Source: the human T2T-CHM13v2.0 reference genome, Homo sapiens | Length of the DNA stretch: 64,000 bases | NCBI RefSeq assembly: GCF_009914755.1 | Contig: NC_060929.1 | Strand: one strand, 5' to 3' | In this document: piece after piece, positions 13,391 through 27,110 of the stretch | Position numbering within the stretch: the first letter of the stretch is position 1 | Layout: each line of letters starts with the position of its first letter | The notes under the pieces: model-generated | The model's database searches: none | What the model was told of the DNA's origin: nothing | What the model saw: the letters and a program-made list of their open reading frames with translations, nothing else | Program-made: the position numbers and the translations under genes

Positions 13391-13513
13391 CTGAGCAGGT
13401 AAAGCCATCACCAGTGAAACCTTCGGAGCAGGCACAGCGGTATGAGCCCGGGGTATTTACACACTGAGCATTGATGCTACACTGGTGGGTTCCATTAGAA
13501 CATTCGTCCAGAT
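13391..13513 (-). CDS. FBN2: FBN2 exon 33, cbEGF19 ([41 protein letters not shown])
   Basis: 123 nt; acceptor CAG|AT, donor CAG|GTGGGT. Confidence 0.96.
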
Positions 13514-13909
13514 CTGCAGAACACAGCAATAAAGTTCAGAAATGAAAATGGAACATTTAAGCACCTGGAAAGATTATCGTTTGTCTTAATTTACATATAA
13601 ACTGGATAAATGACAGGCATTTTAGTTTGCAGGATCACAGTTCTAATTCGCTAAGCTCTCAGACCCAATGTCCAATGTCCAGGCTATAAACGTGGGCCAA
13701 AATTATGAATTCAAGCAATTTGTGAGATATCTAGTCAACGTGAATTTTTTAACAGCTTAAAGCAAATTAGTGTTAGATCTCATTCTGACTTCTACTGAGG
13801 GTGAATTTTATTAGTGGTTTCCTTATCAGTAGAAGAATCAATTCTGAAGGTGATACTGAATTTCAGAGCAGGAAAATTAACAAAGAGTTTTTAAGTTTAT
13901 TTAATAGAT

Positions 13910-14690
13910 GAGGAAACAGAGATATGATTCTTGACCTCATGGAATCCCTTAGTTGAGCAGAAAAGACAGATGTTAAACACAGAAAAAAACTAAATCTTGC
14001 TATATGTGCCATGAAGAAAAGTTACAAGGTGCCATGAGAGAATAAAAAAGGCATCTGATTTGGGCTGCAGGAACAAAGATGCCCCCATTGAGGAAGTAGT
14101 TTTTAGTTAAGGTCAGACCTGAGGATGAGAAACAATTAACTTGCTGAACAGAGGTGGGGAAGGATATTCCTTGCAGAGGGACGAGTGCATGGTAAGACAC
14201 CAAGGAGGAAAAGAGCTCAGTGTGACTGAAAAAATGAAAGGAGGTTAGAGTGGCAAAGCAGAATGCACCAGACAGAGGGTGATGGACAATGAAGCTAGAG
14301 AGACAGTGGAAACCCGCAGCCAAGGGAGGGAAGCTGAATTTTATCCCGAATTCAATGGGTTATAGTGAAGACTATGAAGAGATCGAATCCATGGTTTAAA
14401 AGCTTCCTCCTGCTGCTACGTGGAGAATGGATTGCAGGAGGGCCAGAGAGGGAACAAGCCAACATACCAGAGGGGATTCTTTTAGCATTCAGCAGACACG
14501 AAGAGCGAGGGCATGTGAGAGAGACAGAAACTCTCTCTGGTTGGGACTAGAGTAGGGGAAAGAAGATGTAAAGGAGAGGATGAATTTGGGTGACATCCTG
14601 GAGCACAGGAGGCTGGACACAGCTGAATGTCTTGTATCAGAGGCAGGCTGTTTTGCAATAGTTGGCCAAAATGACAGATGGACAAGAAGC
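13910..14690. mobile_element. LINE-2 relic
   Basis: Purine-rich L2-like motifs (ttgacctcatggaa, tgccatgagagaat, ttccttgcagaggga, tggagaatggattgcaggagg). Confidence 0.55.
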
Positions 14691-15729
14691 ATAAAAATGG
14701 GAGGCCAAAAAGAGAAAAAGAGTAGGCACATGGGGCTACGAAAATGGGAATGAGGGTATGGTTGAAAAGTTATGATAGTAACCCTGGAAAGATGGCTGGA
14801 CTAGAGGCTGGCACTTCACTAAGCCATTGCAGGATGTTATTTAGCAGTTATTTGGAAGCTCTGATACTTCAAATTCTATAGTCAGTACATAAACTTTTGA
14901 TAAGTATGAAATATTTGAATGGATAAAAAAGTATATATTCAAATTAACTTATAGTTTTGGTAAGAGATCTTAAAGCTATTCTTTAATCCTTACTGAGGGC
15001 CTATATATTTTTTGTAAGTTATCAGGGGGAAGTGAGTTTAGCTTGCTTTCTTTTCTGTTTTAAATTGACCTAGAAATTCTTACTAGTTGGAAAAATGCTT
15101 TATTGTAAGGCATGTGAAACACTAAGCATATTACACAAAACTGTGAATGACACTCAGGGTATATTCTAGTCCCTTCCCTCTCAGATATAAAAGACTTCTT
15201 AGACTCTGGCTCAAGAACCATAAAACTTGGAGAATTTGCCTATTTTTTTTCTTCAAATAAGACCTCTTGGAATGCAAGAAAGCATTTACAATTTCCTGTA
15301 AGAAGAATTCTATTTTCTAATAAGATGGTGGTATTGATGACTTACTAAAAAATTAGGTTATCTGAAAAAACCTTTTCATTGCTCTCCATTTATTCCACTG
15401 GATTTTAAATCTCACTGATTACTTCTTTGAAAAGATTGGAAGAACATACTAGTCATTTTTCATCATACAGCTGTGTTTGGATCACCAGCTGCATATCAAT
15501 TTTTACTGAACAAAAACACATTAAAAAACAGGTGCCAAGGCATACTGTTGAAATTTTGATAATTTATATTAAGGGTAAAGGACACCCTTAGGCAGGAATT
15601 ATCTTGCAACTAAGATAACCTTTTTATAAAGGAATTAATAAAAGTGAAGAGCATGATTCTACAACCATGCAAAAAAGAGCCTTTAAAAATTTGTGCCTTA
15701 GCAAAGGATATTTACATTTGCAAACTCAC

Positions 15730-15852
15730 CAATACACTTGATGCCGTTTCCAATCCAGCCTTCTCTGCAGCTACACTTGAAGCTTCCTGGGATATTCAGA
15801 CATGAGGCATGCATGTCGCAGTTATGAGCACCAATTTCACACTCATCCACAT
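15730..15852 (-). CDS. FBN2: FBN2 exon 32, cbEGF18 ([41 protein letters not shown])
   Basis: 123 nt; donor TTG|GTGAGT; inside ORF 15698..15913. Confidence 0.97.
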
Positions 15853-16656
15853 CTGATAAACCATAATTCATAAGAAGAAAATCAAAATACAAACTAATTA
15901 ATTCTACTTCCAAGTATATTTTTGTATAGGTAACATTTTAAAGTAAAGATGCAACCGTATGGAGAAAAGAGTAGCCTAACTAACTTTTATTTTTAATTTT
16001 TGTAGGCTCCAAGAGGACTTGGAAAATTCATGATCCTAATAAAACAAGTTCTTCCCTAGAAACAACTTTCAGCCACTTTCCAGTAGAAGAGAGAGAGACA
16101 CAGCAGTGTTGCTCCCTGGCAGGTATGTGTATTATCCTGGGGCCTTCTTCCCTGCCCAGATTCAGACACAACACCATAAAGAGGACATTCGATTACAGAT
16201 CAAGAGAAATCTTATTTCCAATAATAGATGGTGCTATTCCTTCCTATTGATATTTATTACATATTTTTCATGAAGATAAGAATCTAACTTTTTAAAAAAA
16301 GTAATAGTTTATTCTCTTTAAAATTACATGATCATTTGTCATTTAAAAAATCAATATAAATATTTTACAGAATTTAAAAAAAACTATTCATTTAGGTGTA
16401 TATTTTTATTTCTTCTACTTATTTGAGATTATAGAAAAATATTCACTGGGAATGTTATCTGGAAAGTAGCCAGATGCTTTCGCCAGTGTGTGTGTGTGCG
16501 TGTGTGTGTGTGTGTATTTGTGTGTCTGTATACACACACACATATCCCTATATATGTATGTATAACCTATGTAGATTTGGTTCTCCAAAGCTTTCTTGAC
16601 TATAAATAGTAATGTGTTCTATCTAGTTCAACGATTACATATTATAGATGCTGAAA

Positions 16657-16657
<1 letters not shown>

Positions 16658-16708
<51 letters not shown>
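16658..16708. repeat. Perfect (CA)25 microsatellite, read as (UG)25 in the FBN2 pre-mRNA
   Basis: Uninterrupted CA run. Confidence 0.97.
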
Positions 16709-16710
<2 letters not shown>

Positions 16711-17550
16711 CTGGCTTCACATCAACCCTGTCAGTGGTGAACATGCAAAGAACACCTTCTTTTATAATCTGCCCCTTACTGGAGGGGTCAGCTTAAGGGC
16801 TGGGTTGGACTCTTAAGTCTTCCACCACCTGCCTTGAAAAAATATCACACATAAGTCTTAAATTGTGCACTGAGGAATACGTGATCCAAAACCTTGACCC
16901 CGGCACATCCTAGCCCCACCTGCATGCAAAAGGCTAAAACTAGTTAGTAGTAGTAGTAGAGAAAGGGAACAAAAGACAAAGTGAGCAAAGTGAGCAAAGA
17001 AGGAAAGTGAAGAGAGGAAAAAGAGAAAGGCAATTTGGGCACAGAGAAGAGAAGACAAAAGCAAACAGAAGAGCAAACAAGAAAGGAAAAGATGGGAGAA
17101 AGGAAGAAAGGGAAAGAGTCTCAATGAAACTTGATTAATTTTTACTAGTTTAAAAGAAGTGCAGAGGTAAATGGCAACCGGGATCCTCGGGTCTTTTGGT
17201 GCTCTTTGTACATGAATGTCTTCCAAGCGGGCAGCAGTCATACTCAGAAAGTGACTGATGCTGCATGAACGACCATAAGTGGTCAGGGCCATGGGAACCA
17301 GACTGTACTCCTACTCACTCACTCTGTCACAGCCCACAGCCAGCCCCACGGTGGGTGGCTCAGACAGCGTGCTACCACAGAGACCAGCCAAATCCATCAC
17401 ACATCCTATAGGTCACACACTCATCACACACACAGTCACAGTCTGGTGGCAGGTAACCGCTCTAAGAGATGCCAGAGAACAAATGATGTTGAAAGTTGGC
17501 CTTTGACATCTGAGAAGTTGAAATACAGAGAACACAAGCTTGAAACCTAC

Positions 17551-17676
17551 CTGTACATCCTGTGGTCCCCTTCTTCACTGAGTAACCCAGCTGACAGTGG
17601 CAAATGAAGGATCCCTTTGTGTTCTCACATTCCCCAAACATGCAGATATTTGAATTTAGGTCACATTCATTGACAT
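17551..17676 (-). CDS. FBN2: FBN2 exon 31, cbEGF17 ([42 protein letters not shown])
   Basis: 126 nt; acceptor TAG|AT, donor CAG|GTAGGT; inside ORF 17462..17695. Confidence 0.97.
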
Positions 17677-17698
17677 CTAGAAAATTTATTTTCAATAT

Positions 17699-17705
17699 CT
17701 TAGTA
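17699..17705 (-). promoter_or_regulatory. FBN2: Branch point TACTAAG for the exon 31 acceptor (branch A at 17700, position -24)
   Basis: yUnAy-like motif at canonical distance ahead of a pyrimidine-poor acceptor. Its T at 17702 is position -26, matching the recalled CCA branch-point variant c.3974-26T>G. Confidence 0.75.
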
Positions 17706-18001
17706 TGTGCTCATCACAGTAATTTAAAAGCTATCTTCTACACTGAATAGCATAATACTGAAATACACAGGCAAGATCTAAAATATAATCCATCCGCAAA
17801 TCATCGTGTTATAGATAAATATACAACCTGCCTTTAGACATTTTTAAAAGTAATTCTTCCTGAGATTTTACAGTTCTAGTAAAATGATTTGAATTTTTAA
17901 AATAACAACAGAAAAAGCCTTCCTTTTATCACGCTTGTGTGTGCATGTGGGTGTGTGTGCATGTGTGTGTATAAATGTTTATCCTTTCTTATGATACCCA
18001 C

Positions 18002-18127
18002 CAATGCATGTTTTCATGTCCATGGAAGCCATGAAGCCATCATAGCAGAGGCAGCGATACTCTCCAGGAATGTTGGTACACTGGCCGCCATCACAGATAT
18101 CAGGATTGTTTTCACATTCATCAATGT
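18002..18127 (-). CDS. FBN2: FBN2 exon 30, cbEGF16 ([42 protein letters not shown])
   Basis: 126 nt; acceptor CAG|AC, donor TTG|GTGGGT. Confidence 0.96.
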
Positions 18128-18286
18128 CTGATGATACAAAATTAGCATCAAATGAAAATAAAAATGTCGTTCATCAATCTCAAATGTTTTTGTTTTCTAT
18201 CTGGTTCCACTTGGTAATATCTGGAGCCATATTTTCAAGAAAAAATTAGTTAGATGTACAAAACCTGTGTGTTTTCCTTTCTATAC

Positions 18287-18409
18287 CTGCACACGATCTC
18301 CCATCTGGCATCAGGGCATAACCCTCACTGCAGCTGCATTCGTAGCTTCCCTCTGAATTTGTGCACTGGGTGTCACAGCCTCCGTTCATTATCATACATT
18401 CATCAATAT
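18287..18409 (-). CDS. FBN2: FBN2 exon 29, cbEGF15 ([41 protein letters not shown])
   Basis: 123 nt; acceptor CAG|AT, donor CAG|GTATAG; followed by a 159-nt intron. Confidence 0.96.
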
Positions 18410-18819
18410 CTGTGAAAACAGCATTGCAACCACATTGTCAGGTCTGCTTCCTTAAAAGGAGTTTTCTTCTTTTTAAACAGATAATGCTAATGTGGCTTTG
18501 AATTTTTCTCCCCACTATGTGTGTTGATTGAACATTATCTTTCTTAGTTCTTTCACCTTCATTTTAGGCAGCATTCCATGTTTAAGTGCAGTACCCTAAG
18601 ATTAACTCAGAAATAGAAGAACTATGGGGATTAGAGCATTTTCTACATTAAGATGAGTGAGTCTGCTGCAAGATCACACAATAACTGAGATCTGCCCCTA
18701 GTCTTACATTCATTTTTGGGACAAAGGATTTGCATAGCCTTCATTATAATTCAGCGCCAAAAGTTTTCCTAGGCTGATTTGAGACATATGAGTTTCAGGC
18801 CTGCTTGGTCTCCCCTTAC

Positions 18820-18945
18820 CTGTACAGCCCTGGCGGTCTGGCGTAGCCTGATATCCAGGATTGCAAGAGCACTGATAGGTTCCAATCATGTTCACACATT
18901 TTCCATTTCTGCAGAGATTGTCACTCAGGGAGCATTCATTAATAT
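18820..18945 (-). CDS. FBN2: FBN2 exon 28, cbEGF14 ([42 protein letters not shown])
   Basis: 126 nt; acceptor TAG|AT, donor CAG|GTAAGG; inside ORF 18710..19000. Confidence 0.97.
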
Positions 18946-19121
18946 CTATAAAAGATACACAGAAGTAATGCTTTACACAATGTCCACTCACTAAAGCCAT
19001 CAGAAAGGTGCTTCACCAGAGCAGTGGTCTCCAAAGGGGTTTGTGTACTTCACGAGGAAGTAAAATGTTCTCCTGGGGGATTGAAAGAAAATGCTGGATT
19101 CTCTATTTCCATCTACAACAA

Positions 19122-19309
19122 TACTGTTGAGTAAAGCTTTCTACAATGATGCAACTGCTCCCAAATCTATGCGGTCTAATACACAGCTGCATGTGCTACT
19201 GAGTACTGGAAATATGGACAGTATAACTAAGGAATATTTAATGTTATTTAATTTTAACTGAATTTACATAGCCACATATGGCTAGTGACTATCATGTTAG
19301 ACCACACAG
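19122..19309. mobile_element. MER3-like hAT-Charlie MITE
   Basis: ctttctacaatgatg...catgtgctactgagtactggaaatatgg...tagccacatatggctagtgactatcatgttagaccacacag resembles the recalled MER3 consensus. Confidence 0.65.
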
Positions 19310-20828
19310 ATTTCACATATGCCAGAACTGAAGCTAAATACTACTTAATATATGAACTTACACTGGCACGCTCACCTGGTCTATATTAGATGGTGAAGTG
19401 TTGCCTACATGATTTGAAGTATACTGATGGAAGACTGATGGTTCCACAAGACAGAGGCATGACAATAGGGCCCTCATGTATTTAATTGTTTACACTGTGT
19501 TATGTTTTGTGTGTCGGGATAGTAATCTACAAATCACACTGCCTGTTTAAAAATAAACTAACCCCTATAATATGGGCAGGTGCCTTAAAAATAAACTAGT
19601 ACCAATAATGTAATCACAAGATAACAGAAGAAAATGGCAGGGTGATACACTTCCTTATGTAAACTACTTGTCAGGTATAAGGTAAGGTAAAAAACAGTAC
19701 AGTATAATCAGATATAACAAGAAATTTATTCCAAATTCTCAAAATAACCAAGAAGATTATATGGCATGGGTTTATGCTTATGATCACTAAGTGTATATTA
19801 TACAGAAATATATATTTTATATTCTGCATTGTTCCTTTGGGGGATACGTTTTTAAGCTGTAAGATCCACGAAAACTAAATAACAAAGTAAACTTAGATCT
19901 GTGACTCATTATACCTCAATATGTTCAACCATGAATAAATATTCTGCAATTATTAGTGTGAAAAAGCCTTTTGTACAGCTATTAAAATGAAATAAGAACA
20001 TAAAAACCTTTTCATTTATCATTTTAAAATATCTATTTATCTATGACAAAATTCACCTCATATACTAGCAAAGCAATACATAAGGCTTATAAATAAATAT
20101 ATGTGTATTGGAAAGGTGTGCTCAAATTATGTTTTGAAATTTGGTGTGCAATCTGTTCTATTTTAGGCTGTCTTATTTGCTTACGGTTTTAAGAAAGAGT
20201 TCCTATGAAGAACATGCTTTCTGGCTAAAACAAAGTTTTAAAGCCAGTATACTAGGAACATAGTAAGTCCAGAGATCTTCATGTATTGTGAAAAGCAATA
20301 GGTTGCAACGCCCAAAGACCAGTCATTAGTCTTCTCATATCCTTTCTGGCAGCCCTACAGAGCTCAGGGCAAATGAGGAAACCCAGTGTTTCCATGAGAA
20401 GTGGGTTAAGGGAGCGCCATGTTCACACATGTGCAAGCCGATCGTGAGCAGGCACAGGGGCGTAGAGCGGAGTCTGCCGAGTGGATGGGAAGACGCTGGG
20501 CAAAGGTGCACAACGCACACAGTAGCTTTCCCATTTTTTCCTAATGGAGGATGAGACCACAAGGACTTCCACAGGGCTCCTCACACAGGGACCAATCACG
20601 TGGCTTGTTATAAAAAAAGAGGCCAACCAGAAGAATGCCAGCTTATTCGAGTGTGTCACCCAAGCATCCACTAAAGACACAGCCTGCATCCAGATGTAGG
20701 GAATCTCAATTTCCACCTTTTAATAAGCTAGATTTCATGTGCTCCTCAAACAACAGGTTTGTCAGAACTGATCCCTGGTCTTTACCAGTTGTGCTGGGCA
20801 GGTTTATGTGCTGAGGAGATAAACTCAC

Positions 20829-20954
20829 CCACACAGTCCTCACGGGATGGTGACAGCTCGTGTCCCAGTGGGCAGTCACACTGAAAGCTGCCCTCAGTGT
20901 TCACACAGGTGCCACCCCTACAAAGGAGAGGGTTACGTTCACATTCGTCAATGT
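20829..20954 (-). CDS. FBN2: FBN2 exon 27, cbEGF13 ([42 protein letters not shown])
   Basis: 126 nt; acceptor CAG|AC, donor TGG|GTGAGT. Confidence 0.96.
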
Positions 20955-21764
20955 CTGAAAGGTAAAAACGTGAGATCCATTAAAGAACTCTGAGGGAAAA
21001 ATATTCACACATACAGCGTGGGAGAAAGAATATTATCTGATGTGAGAGTGTGAGTTAGTGGAAGAGAGATGCTTCATAGGAGATGGGATAACGCTTTCCT
21101 CACTTTTCCTACGACCAACAGAAAAACTAAAATTTCTACTCTTAAAGGTAGTAAGCTTTCAAGAAATTTAATTGCATGAAATCAGCAGGCTCACAAGGGG
21201 TAGAAATACATAATATTTGCTTTATATCACCACGGACTCATGATATATTGTTGTCAGTTATCCTGGTGTCTATAACGCTAATCAGGGTGAAGGAGAATCT
21301 TAGACTTATAACCTACTATATCCTATGAGGTAGGTCTTATATCGTACTGAAAATTAAACAGTGGGCTAAAAGGTTGGGAATACCAAAAGAGTTTGTAATA
21401 GTACACAAATAAGAGCAATAACATGGGATTGGCATGACTGAATACAAATCTTGGGGCCACCACACGATGCCATGCATTTTAAAGTAGTCCCACCTAAATA
21501 AACAGTCTGTGTGATTTTAGATTCTATGAATAAACAGGATCCAATCTGAGTATCTCATTGCCATGAAGGCGCCAAGAGGTTGGGGCTCCCCGAGAGCTAT
21601 CCAGGAGCGCATTTCCTGTCTGACATTTAAATCTCTTCTCTCTCTCACCACAGATGCTGGCCACACATGCCGTTCACAGCCCAGAGATAAGCAAAGGTCA
21701 TGCGCACGAATGAGTCTGTGCTAGTATGGTTTCAAGCTGGCGAGGAAGAGCTCACGGTGCTTAC

Positions 21765-21893
21765 CCATGCAGTTCTTCATCATCATGAAGCCACTTTCAT
21801 AGCCTTCGAAGCACTCGCACTCAAAGCTGCCCGGTGTATTGACGCAGATTCCACTGCCACAGAGGTCAGGAGAAATCCTGCACTCGTCGATGT
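21765..21893 (-). CDS. FBN2: FBN2 exon 26, cbEGF12 ([43 protein letters not shown])
   Basis: 129 nt; acceptor TAG|AC, donor TGG|GTAAGC; contains the fibrillin-conserved GFMMMKNCM. Confidence 0.97.
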
Positions 21894-22169
21894 CTAATTC
21901 ACAGGGTTTAAAAGAAATTTAAAAATTGAATGAGATAGACTTGGCCTTCCAAGCGAAGGTGCTGCATGCTTGAAAAGTTGGGGAAATTGCTGGCTAACAG
22001 TACAAGGGTATGTTTTCAGTAGACCCAGATAGAAGGGCCTGGGACCTGAGGCACATTCCTTTCCCCAACTGCCAAAACTGCCATGCCAACAGGCAAGTGG
22101 TGCCTTTTCACCTTTAAAAATTCTGAATTGTGTATTTGTTTTTGTGGCTTAGAAATCGTAACAGAAAAG

Positions 22170-22444
22170 GGGGGCATGGTGACTCATGCCTGTAATCTCA
22201 GCACTTGGGGAAGCCCAGGCAGGACTGCTTGAGACCAGGAGTTTGCAACCAGCCTGGGCAATGTAGGGAGACCCCATCTCTACAAAAAAAAAATTATTGG
22301 GGAGGCTGAGGTGGGAGGATTGCTTGAGCCCAAGAGGTCAAGGCTGCACGGAGTTACGATGTATGATGGCACCACTGTACTCCAGCCTGGGTGACAGAGG
22401 GACAACCTGTCTCAAAAAAGAAAAGAAAAAGAAAAAGAAAGAAA
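22170..22444 (+). mobile_element. AluJ-like SINE with a deletion at the start of the right monomer
   Basis: Left monomer and A-linker jump directly to gggaggctgaggtgggagg; (GAAAA)n tail. Confidence 0.85.
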
Positions 22445-23429
22445 TGTTAACAGAAGGATGAACCCTGCAACTGTGGTATGGGCTGAATGAGGCAGGTGGT
22501 AAATGAGGCAGCCAGGCCCCCATGGAATGAAACCTCATGTGTGACTGGAAGACAGTGCTGGTCTACTACACTAGCCCATGCCACCCCAGGTCGCAGCATG
22601 TGAAGGCAGGGCCCCTGTCTCTGTGCAGGAGGGACTGGCAAACCCCAGAGAGACAGGCAGCCACGACGGACCAACCCTGAGCCAGAGAGCACACATAGGG
22701 CAGGGCCATGGTGTGTGCCCCAATTTGTGTTTTTGTGTCATATTCAGATGTAAAGAGCTTATTGATTTAGTAAGCCCTTTGGTGACATGAGCTGTCACCA
22801 ACACCTGAGGACTGTGTGGGTGAGTTTGTTTCCTCTTTTTATATATTACAGTAAATAATCTTCAGCAACTATATTCTCAAACACAGGGTTCTCTGAGAAA
22901 TCTCCTATGCTTATAACTAAGATTTTTAATAGAGAAGTCATGTCTATATAAAATATGTTTACGAAAACATGACCTATTTACAAATGTTTTAGTCCAAAAA
23001 TCAAAAGTTTTTAATCTAAAAATCTGTCAGTGGGGAAAAATGCCCCACTACGATCTCTTTATTTTGATGAACTTAATTTTGAAGTTTTAAAATCACAGGA
23101 TTTAGTGCATAATTTGTGCATGTTCTCTTGAGAGGGGGGTCTCAGTCTCTGCTTTCTGCCAGCTTTTACTTAGTTTTTCTGTATTTATTTCTCCAATTAC
23201 AGGAGTCTTTATTTATTTCCCTCATTACTGGCCATGCGAAAAAAATGTAAATACTTTCTTTTAAACAAACATATTAACAGAATTTATTGATTCAATTAAG
23301 TAGCTAACAATATGTATATTAATTTTCTTTCTATCTATCAGTATCTAGGACTGGTGTTAAGAGTCATATGAGGAATGTGTTCTAGGGTGGAGCAGGGACA
23401 ATCTTTGGCTAATGTGATGTGGTGGGAGT

Positions 23430-23631
23430 TTCATAGTATAAACAGTGTGGATTCTAGAACCAGATACCTGGCTACAAATCCCAGTCTGTCATCTACTGAG
23501 AACAGGGCCTTGGGAAAATCATTTAGTCTCTCTGTGCCTCAATTTCCTTATTTGTCATAGAATCCACCTCATAGAGTTAAATGACTATTTGTTAAGTGCT
23601 GAGAACAGTGCCTGTCTCATAGAAAGTGCTC
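23430..23631. mobile_element. MIR SINE
   Basis: caaatcccagtctgtcatctact...ccttgggaaaatcatttagtctctctgtgcctcaatttccttatttgt core. Confidence 0.75.
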
Positions 23632-24257
23632 TCTCTTTCTCTCTCTCTCCCTCTCTCTCTCTCTCTATATATATATATGCAAACTTCTCTGCTAAGAATG
23701 GGTAATTTGGAGGGTGTGGCTTTTGAATTGGTTCTTGAAGGTTGTACAGAAATGCTAGCTTTAAAGATACAGAATAGAGAGGCAAGAGATGAAGCGCACC
23801 GGTGAAGAGAAAGGAAGCATTTCAGGGAGCAGTAAGCCACAGATTGGCTGGACTGGAGAGGCTGACAATGAGTGTGGGTACAGGACGGACCGGTAGGATT
23901 ACTAAAAGCCCCCAGCATGGGAGGAGACCGGCCCTTCCTGCTGTGAAGATGAGAGCCAACAATTTTCCACAGAACTTCACAGTATATCCAGAGCAATGCA
24001 GCCCTGTGAATGTGTTAGAGACATTAAGCAACTTTGGCTAATTTCACAACAAAGGAAGAGGTGGGGTCAGAACTGGAAGAACCCTGAGCTTCTTTATCCA
24101 GCACCAGGATTGCCTATACCAGTGGAAGTTGTTCAGTGGGAAGTTACACAATCCAGCCCTGCTTGGATGGTTAACCTGGGTTGTGGCAGTGAAGGATTTG
24201 ACCGTGGGAACTTAACAGGTTGGGAGATCCTGGAGGAGTCTGTGATACAGTAGATAC

Positions 24258-24668
24258 TGTGACATGTCACCCAGGTCCCTCTTCAGGAAAGAAGGACTTA
24301 CTCCCCCTCCCCGTCAGCTATTGGTAGTGTCGCTGGCAGAAAGCCCTCAGATGCCCACTATTCTAAGAGGACCTCTTCCCCCATTCCCTGGGCAGCTGTA
24401 TCCCAAGATTGGTCCTGCAGGTACCTAACTGCATGGCTTCCATGCCCTACTCAAGGCAACTCTGATGGGCCATCCCAGTTCCAGAACTCCCAGTGGCATG
24501 GGCTGAGGACTTCAGTGGGACTGCATCATAGCCCCATTTCTTTCTCTGCCCACTTCTGCTTTCCTCCCTTCCCTTCCTCATTGTTCATCCCAGGAGCAAG
24601 CCCCGATAAACTTCCTGAATGCTCTTCTCTGCCTTGGAGTCTGTTTCCTGAGGAGCTTAACCTGCCTC
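24258..24668 (+). mobile_element. Old solo LTR, LTR16-like (ERVL)
   Basis: TGTG start; cagaaagccctcag; end ...gagtctgtttcctgaggagcttaacctg resembles the recalled LTR16 3' end. Confidence 0.5.
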
Positions 24669-24879
24669 TGTCTGAAGAAATATCACAGGTAATTGAAATA
24701 GCCAGTTTAATGAAAGAATTTGCATAACTTTTTCACTTTGGGAGAGAGAGACGTCAAAATTCAATTGGAGGCTTCAATCCTGTTCAAAATTATACTCCTA
24801 ATGCATACAGGGAAGTCCCTAGTAGGATAAAGTACAGGGTAGGGGGAAGAGCAAAGAAAGATCAAAACAAAGACAAACT

Positions 24880-26450
<1,571 letters not shown>

Positions 26451-26780
26451 CTTCACATCTTGTTCAAAGAGAATGTTATGGGTATGGATGGTGACTGAAA
26501 ACTAATATTAAGATTCCTGTTCACAGATGAGGAAAAGAAGTAATAACTTCTATATCACAAACCTTAAAATCTTTAAGAGAACACTACTCAAGTTTATATA
26601 ATTCTTGTGGATTTAATGACTGTATTTCTTTAGTAGTCATATATTTTGAAAATCATATTTGTATGCTGTTCCTAAATATAAAACAAACAGCATTTTCATG
26701 ATGTTTTGCAGTTCTCTCACAACGAGTTTATTTGGAGAACTGGTTTAAGTGTAGAGAAAAGAAATTTAAAAAATTTACAG

Positions 26781-27110
26781 AGCTGGATGCCGTGGCTCAA
26801 GCCTGTAATCCCAGCACTTGGGGAGGCCAATGCAGGAGGACCACTTGAAGCCAGGAGTTTGAGGCCAGCCTGGGAAGCAAAGTGAGACCCCATCTCTTAA
26901 AATAAATAAATAAATAAATAATTAACTTTTTAATTAGCTGTGCATGGTGGCGCACACCTGTGCTCCCAGTTACTTGGGAGGCTGAGGTGGAGGGACTACT
27001 TGAGAACAGAAGTTTGAAGTTACAGTGAGCCATGATCATGTCTCTGCACTCCAGCCTGGGCGACTAAGTGAGACCTTTTCTCTAAAAAGAAATTAATAAA
27101 TAAATAAAAA
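26781..27110 (+). mobile_element. AluJ-like SINE
   Basis: Diverged dimer with (TAAA)n linker and tail. Confidence 0.88.
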
